DNA of 27,598 bases from Planctomycetota bacterium (GTDB taxonomy: Bacteria; Planctomycetota; UBA8108; UBA1146), in contig JAYZBV010000016.1 in NCBI GenBank assembly GCA_036338595.1, positions 1-27,598 of the forward strand. The letters are read 5' to 3'. The notes beneath the pieces were generated by a model that was given only the letters and a program-made list of their open reading frames with translations, did no database searches and was not told the DNA's origin. The position numbers were made by a program, and so were the translations under genes. Shown piece after piece: positions 8,896 through 17,700 of this stretch; within the stretch, counting starts at the first letter, position 1; every line of letters begins with the position of its first letter.

Positions 8896-9821
8896 AGATA
8901 CGACTGGGAACACGCGCGAGTGTCCTGGCCAGGACTCAATCAGGCGGCATTGCCGATCTGATCAGGGCCAGGCATCCCGAAATCACCATCGAGGAAGTGT
9001 TGATCGAGACCGGTGGAGATCAGGATCAGGCAACACCGCTTCACGAGATGGGATCACCGGGTGTTTTTTCGGCGGAGGTCGAGCGTTCTCTCGCCGATGG
9101 TGAAATCGATGTGGCTGTGCACTCGCTCAAGGATCTTCCCGTCGAGCAGCCTCCCGGGCTTGTGATCGCTGCCATCCCAGCCAGAGAAGATCCGAGTGAC
9201 GCATGGATCTCCGAGGGATATCCCGGACTTGTCGATGTTCCTCCGGGCTTCTCGGTCGCCACCGGGTCATTGCGCAGATCTTCGCAGATCCTGCACCGAT
9301 ACCCTCACCTTCAGATAGCTGGAATCCGCGGCAATCTTGATACCAGGCTCAGAGTGCATCAGGAGCGGGGGGATGCAGGGCTGATTCTCGCCGCTGCAGG
9401 TCTCAACAGACTCGGATTGTCGAACCGAATTCGTTGTGCCATCTCGACCACCGAGATCACGCCGGCGCCAGGCCAGGGTGCGCTTGCGGTGGAGATCCGC
9501 GCCGAAGATGAGGAACTCACCTCTGTGATTGCAGAGTTGGATGACGCAAGCACGAGAGCCTGTGTCGATGCCGAGCGAGGGTTTCTCGCTGCACTTGGGG
9601 GAGGGTGCCATCTACCGATAGGAGCCATCGCGGTCATTGCGGGGGGGCAACTGTCTCTTTGTGGTGTCCTCGGTCTACCGGATGGTTCCGAGTTGATTCG
9701 TCTCGGCTTCGAAGGCTCAGCGGAGGACCCTCGGTCGATCGGGAGTGAACTGGCTGCAAGGGTTCGTAAGGCTGGAGGGGATGCCATCCTTTACCGTCTC
9801 GATCAGCAGGAGAAGATCTGA
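8892..9821 (+). CDS. hemC: Hydroxymethylbilane synthase (porphobilinogen deaminase)
   Basis: RLGTRASVLA, AVHSLKDLP, TGSLRR, IRGNLDTRL, PAPGQGAL, cofactor Cys in LGGGCHLPIGA. GTGA overlap with hemA. Confidence 0.97.
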   Translation: MKIRLGTRASVLARTQSGGIADLIRARHPEITIEEVLIETGGDQDQATPLHEMGSPGVFSAEVERSLADGEIDVAVHSLKDLPVEQPPGLVIAAIPAREDPSDAWISEGYPGLVDVPPGFSVATGSLRRSSQILHRYPHLQIAGIRGNLDTRLRVHQERGDAGLILAAAGLNRLGLSNRIRCAISTTEITPAPGQGALAVEIRAEDEELTSVIAELDDASTRACVDAERGFLAALGGGCHLPIGAIAVIAGGQLSLCGVLGLPDGSELIRLGFEGSAEDPRSIGSELAARVRKAGGDAILYRLDQQEKI

Positions 9822-10591
9822 TGGGAAATCTTCCACTGGAAGGTTCCCGCTGGATTCTGACGCGTCCACGAGAGAGAGCTTCGAGTTGGCGAGTCGCACT
9901 GGAGGAGAGTGGTGCCGAGGTTGTTCTTTCCCCGGCGATCTTGCTCAGAAAGGGTCCCAGCGAGCCGGTCTTGAAATCGTTGGATGGAATCCCTGGCGGC
10001 TCACTGTTCATCTTTACCAGCGCTACCACGGTCCTGCACTTTTTCTCCATGATCCCTCCATCGGATCAGGAAGCTCTCAGATCGATGGAGTGGATCGCTG
10101 TGGGGCCTGCAACCGCCGATGCGATTCGCGAAGCAGGGTTCGAGGTCAGGATCGAAGGAGACGGAAGTGGAGCGGACTCGCTCTGCTCCCAGCTACTTTC
10201 CGACATCGAATGCGGCAATGCGATTCACTTCACGAGCGATCTTGGTTTGCCGATCGTCACTGAACGGTTGATGGCCGCCGGCTTCGATGTGATAAGGGTA
10301 GAAGTGTCTCGATCCCAGGTGGAGGAAGATCTGGATCCGAATAGTTGGAGCGGCGGTCAAGAACACCTATCGGGGATCATCTTTTCCAGTCCGGCATCCG
10401 TTCGTGCAGTGGTTTCCAGAATCGATGATGGGTGCGATGTGATGCAAGTGACTCCTGCAGTGGCTACAGGTTCGACCACCGCCCAGGAGTTGCAAGAGCA
10501 GGGCTGGAATAGGATCGAGATCGCTGTACGGTCAACAGCGGCGGACCTGATCCAGGCTTGTTCCAGGATAGTGGCTGACCCGGCAAGTTGA
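9821..10591 (+). CDS. hemD: Uroporphyrinogen-III synthase
   Basis: ILTRP, FTSATTV, AVGPATADAI, FSSPASV, TGSTTA. Lies between hemC and hemB with a TGATG overlap. Confidence 0.88.
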   Translation: MGNLPLEGSRWILTRPRERASSWRVALEESGAEVVLSPAILLRKGPSEPVLKSLDGIPGGSLFIFTSATTVLHFFSMIPPSDQEALRSMEWIAVGPATADAIREAGFEVRIEGDGSGADSLCSQLLSDIECGNAIHFTSDLGLPIVTERLMAAGFDVIRVEVSRSQVEEDLDPNSWSGGQEHLSGIIFSSPASVRAVVSRIDDGCDVMQVTPAVATGSTTAQELQEQGWNRIEIAVRSTAADLIQACSRIVADPAS

Positions 10592-10645
10592 CCGTGACTT
10601 CCTTTTCGCTGCTAGAGATCAGCAGTGAGTGAATAGAGGCGTAAG

Positions 10646-11641
10646 ATGGCAAACTTTCCTCAGCGGAGAATGCGAAGACTGAGGAAGAATCCCGCTATCC
10701 GGGAGATGCTATCGGAGACTCGTCTGAGCAGGCACGATCTGGTACAGCCGCTCTTTGTCTGTGATGGCGAGGATATTGAACGTCCCGTCGAAACTCTGGT
10801 GGGTCAGTCACACCATTCCACGGACCGGGTCGGTGAACGGGCTCTCAGGGTCAAGGAGTCAGGAGTTTCTGCGGTGATCCTGTTCGGGATCCCCGATCGG
10901 AAGGATGCGACAGGATCCAGTTCTCTTGATCCCGAGGGGGTGATTCCCAGGGCGATCCGGGCAGTCCGGGAAAGTGTTCCGGAGATGATCATCATCGCCG
11001 ATGTGTGCCTGTGTGAATTCACCGACCACGGCCACTGCGGTATTCTTCTGGAGCCATCGCAGGATGAATTCAAGGTCGATAACGATGCGACGCTGGAAGT
11101 ACTCTCGCGCCAGGCCAAGATCTTCGCAGATGCAGGTTGCGATATCGTAGCCCCATCCGCGATGGCGGATGGCCAGGTTCAGGCGATACGCGTCGCGCTG
11201 GATGCTGCAGGTCACGAAGAGGTGATGATTCTCTCCTACGCTGCCAAGTATGCCTCGGCCTATTATGGTCCGTTCCGGGAGGCTGTGCAGAGTACCCCGG
11301 AGGGTGGAGATCGTCTGGGATACCAGATGGACCCTCGCAACGCTCGGGAAGCTCTGCAGGAGGTGGCCCTGGACATCGATGAAGGTGCCGACATCGTGAT
11401 GATCAAACCGGGGCTACCATATCTCGACATCATCGCAAGGGTCCACGATAACTTCGAGGTGCCAGTGGCGGCCTACCATGTCAGCGGTGAGTGGGCGCAG
11501 ATTCAGGCGGCTGCTGAGCAGGGCTTGATCGATGGAGATCAGGTATATCTAGAAAGTCTTCAGGCGATTCGCAGGGCTGGAGCCTCTTTCATTGTCACCT
11601 ATGGTGCCGAGCAAGCAGCAAGAATGCTGGGCTCGAATTGA
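10646..11641 (+). CDS. hemB: Porphobilinogen synthase (ALA dehydratase), Zn-binding type
   Basis: RMRRLR, DVCLCEFTDHGHCG (three Zn-ligand Cys), SYAAKYASAYYGPFREA, YQMDP, GADIVMIKPG, AYHVSGE. Confidence 0.98.
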   Translation: MANFPQRRMRRLRKNPAIREMLSETRLSRHDLVQPLFVCDGEDIERPVETLVGQSHHSTDRVGERALRVKESGVSAVILFGIPDRKDATGSSSLDPEGVIPRAIRAVRESVPEMIIIADVCLCEFTDHGHCGILLEPSQDEFKVDNDATLEVLSRQAKIFADAGCDIVAPSAMADGQVQAIRVALDAAGHEEVMILSYAAKYASAYYGPFREAVQSTPEGGDRLGYQMDPRNAREALQEVALDIDEGADIVMIKPGLPYLDIIARVHDNFEVPVAAYHVSGEWAQIQAAAEQGLIDGDQVYLESLQAIRRAGASFIVTYGAEQAARMLGSN

Positions 11642-11657
11642 AGCAGAAGGTACAAAA

Positions 11658-12698
11658 TTGAACCAGCAAGATTCACTACTGATTCGAGCGCTTCGCCGTC
11701 AACCGACGGAACGGACACCTGTGTGGTTCATGCGTCAGGCGGGTCGATACCTTCCGGGGTATCAGCGAATCCGATCCGGGCTGGACTTCCTGGAGTTGTG
11801 TAAGAATCCCGAGTTAGCTTCGGAAGTCACGGTGGAACCTCTCGAAGTTCTCGATGTCGATGCTGTCATCATCTTCAGCGATATCCTGGTTCCGCTCGAG
11901 GCGATGGGGATGGGAGTCGAGTTCGGCGATCGCGGGCCGTGCATGTCTGATCCGCTGACCGGCAGGGATGGTATCGACAGACTCTGTATACCCGATCCGG
12001 TCGAGTCGACCGGCTTCGTCATGGATGTGATCCGAGCGACTCACGCCCGCGTCGACCAGAAGGTGCCAGTGCTGGGATTTGCTGGAGCACCGTGGACTCT
12101 TGCGTGCTACGCACTTGAGGGCTCTCCAAGCAGGACCTTTGCTGCGGCGCAGCGGATGGTCTATGAGCATCCCTCCGATCTCCACGTCCTGATGGAGAAG
12201 ATCGCAGATACGGTGACGGCGTACCTGTTGGCCCAGGTCGAGGCGGGAGCAGATGCGATCCAGTTGTTCGATTCCTGGGGAGGGATGCTCGGTCATCAGG
12301 CATTTGAAGAGTTCTCGCTCACCTACTGCCGGAGAATCCTCGAGGGGTTGGATGGATGTGGTGTGCCGAGGATCCTCTTCATCAGGGGTGCAGCGAGCCA
12401 CCTGCATGCGATTTCCAGCATGGTTGACGAGGTGGGAGTTGAAGCGGTGAGTCTCGATGAGATGACCCGACCGCAACAAGCCCTCGAGATCTTTGGCCAT
12501 CGATGTGCCTTGCAGGGTAACTTGCCTCCTCAGGCATTGTTTGCACCAGATGCTGATCTCCGTCGGCGGGTCCGGGACCTTCTCGATGTATTTTCCGATC
12601 ACCCGGGACATGTCTTCAACCTGGGTCACGGTATTCTCCCACCGACTCCGGTGGAGAATGTCCGGGCAGTGGTGGACGAGATTCGTGCACGCCGCTGA
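11658..12698 (+). CDS. hemE: Uroporphyrinogen decarboxylase
   Basis: PVWFMRQAGRYLP, FSDIL, GFAGAPWTLACY, QLFDSW, LQGNL, FNLGHGILP. TTG at 11658 is the plausible start. Confidence 0.97.
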   Translation: MNQQDSLLIRALRRQPTERTPVWFMRQAGRYLPGYQRIRSGLDFLELCKNPELASEVTVEPLEVLDVDAVIIFSDILVPLEAMGMGVEFGDRGPCMSDPLTGRDGIDRLCIPDPVESTGFVMDVIRATHARVDQKVPVLGFAGAPWTLACYALEGSPSRTFAAAQRMVYEHPSDLHVLMEKIADTVTAYLLAQVEAGADAIQLFDSWGGMLGHQAFEEFSLTYCRRILEGLDGCGVPRILFIRGAASHLHAISSMVDEVGVEAVSLDEMTRPQQALEIFGHRCALQGNLPPQALFAPDADLRRRVRDLLDVFSDHPGHVFNLGHGILPPTPVENVRAVVDEIRARR

Positions 12699-14076
12699 GT
12701 CTGGCCAAGGCTGCCGCATTGCAGTGGTGGGTGGGGGAATCAGCGGACTCTCTGCGGCCCACCATGCTCGTGAACTCGGTGCCGATGTTCATCTGTTCGA
12801 GGCGAGCCATCGCCCAGGTGGTTGGATTCGTACGACCAGGCAGGAGCAATGGACTCTTGAGTGGGGTCCTCATAGCTTGTTGCCGTCGAGTTCATCGCTG
12901 ATCCAACTCATCGATAGGGTCGGACTCACGAACTCCTTGAGAAGTGCCGAGCCAGGTGCCAGGGCACGATACATCTGGCGTCGAGGTGCACTGCGAAAAC
13001 TGCCTTCTTCCGCGCTCACGATCCCCTTTTCACGCGCCCTCTCGCCGGTCGGATGGGCGAGGCTGTTGATGGAGCCGTTCATCCGTCGCGGGGGTGTCGA
13101 GGAGGAGACGGTCCACGCATTCTTCCGCAGGAGGTTCGGGGAGGAGGCCACTCGAATCCTCGCCGATGCGATGGTCGCGGGAAGTTCTGGCGGGTGGCCC
13201 CAGCAACTGGAAGTGGATTCGTTTCAGCCGCTCTTGCGGCAGTGGGAGCAGCAATACGGAAGTGTGCTGGCGGGGCTGCTGCGGAGACGTGCGGTGCGTG
13301 GAGCGCCTTTTTCGGGCCCGGGAACCCTCGCTGACGGAATGGACTCCTTGCCGCACGCGATGGCCGCTGAGTTGGGTGATCGGTTTCATGGTGGGTCCCC
13401 GGTCGAGGCGCTGGAGCCAGCAGGGGAAGGCTGGAAGGTCCATTACAGGGGGGCGTATGCATCCAATACGGAAGAGGTGGACGGCATCATCCTGGCGCTT
13501 CCCGCACCCGCCTGTGCAGCCCTTCTGGCCCCGGTCAACGACACGAGTCGGGCGATCCTGGAATCGATTCCGTATGCTTCTCTGTCGCTCGTACAGATAG
13601 GTTACGATGCCAGGAAATGGCGTGCATCTGCCCGGGGGTTCGGTTTTCTGGCCCCCAGGAGTGAAAAGCTCGGGGTTCTGGGGGCGATCTGGAGCTCGTC
13701 GCTGTTTCCCTTCCGGGCACCTCCACAACATGGCCTGACCACCGTGTTTCTGACCGGGAAGAGGGATCGAGGGGGGGACAGTTGTTCCGATAAGGTGTTA
13801 GTGGACCGCTCCCTCGATGCGTTGAGAAGGGTCCACGGAGCCGCTCCGGAACTGGAACTGGCTCTGGTCGGGCGTACCCCGTCAGCAATTCCCCAGGCCA
13901 CTCGCGGCCACCGGCGAAAGATCCGCCGATTGCAGCATGAATTGCGTTCCTTGCCAGCGTTGGCGCTGTCTGGCAGTTACCTCCAGGGTATCTCACTGGA
14001 GTCCTGCGTCAGATCGGGCCAAGATGCGGTCGTTGAATTACTGGATCGATGGAAATCTTCTCCCGAGTCAAGCTGA
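12685..14076 (+). CDS. hemY: FAD-dependent protoporphyrinogen/coproporphyrinogen oxidase (HemY type)
   Basis: VVGGGISGLSAA dinucleotide fold, EASHRPGGWIRT, EWGPHS, GFGFLAP, SSSLFP.RAP, AIPQ, GSYLQGISLESC. GTG 12685 overlaps the hemE end. Confidence 0.88.
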   Translation: MHAAESGQGCRIAVVGGGISGLSAAHHARELGADVHLFEASHRPGGWIRTTRQEQWTLEWGPHSLLPSSSSLIQLIDRVGLTNSLRSAEPGARARYIWRRGALRKLPSSALTIPFSRALSPVGWARLLMEPFIRRGGVEEETVHAFFRRRFGEEATRILADAMVAGSSGGWPQQLEVDSFQPLLRQWEQQYGSVLAGLLRRRAVRGAPFSGPGTLADGMDSLPHAMAAELGDRFHGGSPVEALEPAGEGWKVHYRGAYASNTEEVDGIILALPAPACAALLAPVNDTSRAILESIPYASLSLVQIGYDARKWRASARGFGFLAPRSEKLGVLGAIWSSSLFPFRAPPQHGLTTVFLTGKRDRGGDSCSDKVLVDRSLDALRRVHGAAPELELALVGRTPSAIPQATRGHRRKIRRLQHELRSLPALALSGSYLQGISLESCVRSGQDAVVELLDRWKSSPESS

Positions 14077-14084
14077 AGGACCCC

Positions 14085-14429
14085 ATGGAACCCGAAGAAT
14101 CCCACCCGCGCCGCATTCGTCCTCAGGAGCATGCTGCGTGGAATCGGAAAAAAATGGGCAAGAGCACCATCTATCATTCCGATCGGATGCTGGTGGGCGT
14201 GAATGCGCTCGAGCCAGGCCAGCAACACTCCCTGCATGCCCACGAAGGAGTCGACAAGGTCTACCTGGTGGTTTCTGGAGAGGGTCAGTTCCTTCTCGAA
14301 GACGAGGAGATCACCATGGGCCCCGGCGAACTGCTTGTAGCACCCGCTGATGTTCCACACGGCGTCCGCAACGAGAGTCATGAGCGACTGACTGTTCTCA
14401 CATTCCTGTCACCTGGTCCTGCGAGATAG
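14085..14429 (+). CDS. Cupin-domain protein
   Basis: PGQQHSLHAHEGVDKVY (HxH motif 1) and GELLVAPADVPHGVRN (motif 2). ATG 14085 follows GAAGGA. Confidence 0.88.
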   Translation: MEPEESHPRRIRPQEHAAWNRKKMGKSTIYHSDRMLVGVNALEPGQQHSLHAHEGVDKVYLVVSGEGQFLLEDEEITMGPGELLVAPADVPHGVRNESHERLTVLTFLSPGPAR

Positions 14430-14431
14430 TG

Positions 14432-14458
14432 TTGATTCGGTAGTTAATGCCGAGTCAA
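14432..14458 (+). terminator. Stem-loop directly after the hem/cupin cluster; possible terminator or 3' stabiliser
   Basis: TTGATTCGGTA/TGCCGAGTCAA forms an 11-bp stem (2 G-U) with a 5-nt loop, starting 3 nt after the stop. No immediate U-tract. Confidence 0.35.
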
Positions 14459-14732
14459 TGAGTCGAAATCTCAGTCGAGGAAATTATTTTTTCTCTGCTG
14501 CGACCAGTGAAACAGAGGATTCTGCGGTAGTCAGATATGCCAGGAACGCTAAATTAGAGTTCCTCACTCTTCCCACAGACAAGCCGGAATTCGATGTAGC
14601 CCTCGTTGGTCTGCATCTCCATTTCGCACCTGCGTACATGTAGAAACCCTGTTTCGGGAAGAGGAATTCCCTCTCCCCGTCGATTCAATTCCCCGCCCGT
14701 GAGGTACACGGGAATTCTGGAGGTACAGAACC

Positions 14733-17700
14733 ATGAAGACGCTGCCCCTCGCCTTCCTGGTATTGCTGTTTGGTGTGATTCTTGGTTCCAGTTCCGTGGT
14801 ATTCGCCCAGTGCGAACCTGGTCTGGACTGTAACGGAAACGGATCTGCTGACAGCTGCGACATCGCCGACAACACCAGCAACGATTGTGATGGAGATGGG
14901 ATTCCGGACGAGTGCCAGATCTCTCTAGATCCATCGTTGGATTGCAACCAGGATTCGATCCTGGACGCTTGTGAAGGATCTCTTGAAGATCTCCTCACAG
15001 TTGCGGCACTTGGAAACGGATTCGGAGGTTCTTCCGACATGTCGGGAGATCGCCTCGCCATCGGTGCCCCTGACGGAATCACGTCAGGTATCGCTACGGG
15101 AGAGGTGTATCTCTACCGCAACATCGGCAGTCGATGGGTCCAGGATGCCATCATCCAACCTCCTGATAGCACCGCCCTGGCTGAGTTCGGCTGGAGCGTG
15201 GCCATCGATGGAGATCTTCTCATCGTCGGATCACCGGGTGCCAACAGTGGCCCTCTCAGCGAGAGCCGCGGCGCAGCCTACATCTACAGGCACAATGGTC
15301 TGAACTGGGTCTTCGAGGAAAAGCTCGAAGCCTCCAATGGACAGGTCAGCGATGAGTTCGGAATCTCTGTAGGAATTTCCGGGGACCGTGCAGTCGTCGG
15401 AGCCTGGCGAGCCCTTGTGGGTGTCACTCCAGGATCCGCCTACATCTACAGTCATGATGGAACCACCTGGACCGAGGATCAGATCCTCGAATCCAACGAT
15501 CCGAATCCGGTCAAGAGGTTTGGCGGGGCAGTAGCCATCGATGGGAACACCATCGCAATCTCAGACCAGCGATCCGATCTTGGTTTCCTTCAGCAGGTCG
15601 GTGGTGTCTTCCTCTACACGAGCATCTCCCAGACCAGCTGGATCTTCACACAGAAGATCACTGCACAGGATCCGCAGGAGGGCAGTCAGTTCGGAAGATC
15701 GCTGGATATCTCCGGAACCCAGATCATTGTCGGTGCTCCCATTGCAGACGGGGCCGATGGAGCGGGCTACCTCTTTGATCGGACTGGATTTGTCTACAAC
15801 CAGACACAAAAGTTTTCTCAGCCGGCATTTACAAACGCGCAACTGGGGATTGATGTTGGGATCAGTGATGGCTCGGTAGTCATGGGCGCTTGGCGCGCCG
15901 ATGGACAAGCTGGACATCTTCTCATCGGTGAAGCGGATGGTGCCGGCGGGTACACGACCTTTACCTTCTCGCCAGCTACAGTTCTCAGTAATGATAAGTT
16001 CGGGGAAAGCGTTGCCATGGCTGGACGCTGGGTCGTTGGTGCTTCCAGTTCAAGCGAATACGCATCCATCGATCGCCTGATCGGCGCTGAAGACTGCAAT
16101 CAAAATGGAATAGATGACCCATGCGACATTTTCCTGGCGACGAGCCAGGACTGTGATCTCGATGGAGTTCCTGACTCCTGTCAGATTGCTGATGGGTCTG
16201 CATCGGACTGCGATGCAGATGGTGTCCCCGATCATTGCCAGCTTTCGAATGGCTCCGAGCAGGACTGCAATCTCAATGGTGTCATCGACTCTTGCGACAT
16301 TGCGAGCACCAACAGCCAGGATTGCAACCTCAACTCGATTCCAGATGATTGTGAAGCTGATTGCAACTTGAACGGCATCGAAGACAGCTGTGAGATTGCT
16401 GATGGTCTTGCGTTCGACTGTAATGGAAACGGCTTCCTTGATGCCTGCGATATCCAGTTTGGATTCGCCATCGATTGCAATAGCAATGGAATCCCTGACA
16501 GTTGCGATCTGACAGATGGCACTGCAGAGGATTGTAATGGCAACAATGCACTCGATATTTGCGAGATCACCATCGGAATCGCTACTGACTGCAACGGGAA
16601 CAACCAGATTGACCAGTGCGAGCTGGATTCTGGTCTATCTCAAGACTGCAATCTGAATCAGGTTCCGGACATCTGTGATATCGCCTACGGATTGTCCACT
16701 GACTGCAATGGCAACATGCTGCCAGATGAATGCGAACTCAGTTCAGGTGCGCAGCAAGACTGCAACCAGAACGGAAGTATCGATGCTTGCGAACTCCTCG
16801 CCGGGACCTCTCCCGATTGCGATGTCAACGGCCAGCCGGATGAATGCGACATCGTCGCAGGAGCCCTTGATTGCAACGCAAATGCGATTCTCGACATTTG
16901 CGAGGTGAATGCAGACCCGAATCCGCCAGTCATCTCTGGTCTTCCTGCTGAAGTCGTCGTCATCGCCGACCTCGGAGGGTGCAGCGCAGTGGCGACATGG
17001 GACGATCCGATCTTCACCGATGATTGCGGAGTCGCTTCCAACTCTTCAACTCATACTTCTGGTAGCACATTCCCGGTGGGATCGACCCCGGTTTCCGTCA
17101 CCGCGACGGATGTCAGTGGCAATGTCACTGTACATACCTTCAATGTCGTTGTGGTGGATGACCAACTACCGACCATCTCCAGTGCTCCTGCAAATATCAC
17201 GGTCGACAACGATCCTGGGTTGTGCACTGCGATCGTGACCTGGGCCGAGCCGACCGCTTCGGACAATTGCCAAAACACCACCATCGCCAGCGATCATCTC
17301 TCAGGAGATGCGTTTGGCGTAGGCGTCACACTCGTGACCTACACAGTCACCGACGATAGCGGCAATGCTACATTGCACTCCTTCGAGGTGACTGTTCTCG
17401 ATGTGGACCTTCCATCCATCATTGGCCTACCAGGAACCGTGATCGTGAACTCCAATCCTGGAGTTTGTACAGCACAGGTGTCCTGGGCGGCACCAAGTAT
17501 CGATGACAACTGTCCTGGATCGACATTCACGTCTGATCACCAGCCAGGAGATGCCTTCCCGGTAGGAACCACGCTGATCAGCTACACAGCAACAGATGCC
17601 AATGGCAATCAGTCTGCAGCGTCCTTCGAGTTGACGGTGATCGACAACGAGATGCCCCAGGTTTCTGGAATTCCGACGAGCATAGTCCTCGATAACGATC

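Noticed and set aside
10606..10628. 8-bp hairpin between hemD and hemB
   Set aside because: It is short, contains a G-U pair and has no downstream U-tract, so it is too weak to call a regulatory element.
12685..14076. hemY looks more GC-rich than hemA in spot checks of a few lines, hinting at separate acquisition
   Set aside because: The sample is too small and is largely explained by Arg/Ala/Gly/Pro-rich composition. The gene overlaps hemE and has no mobility signatures.
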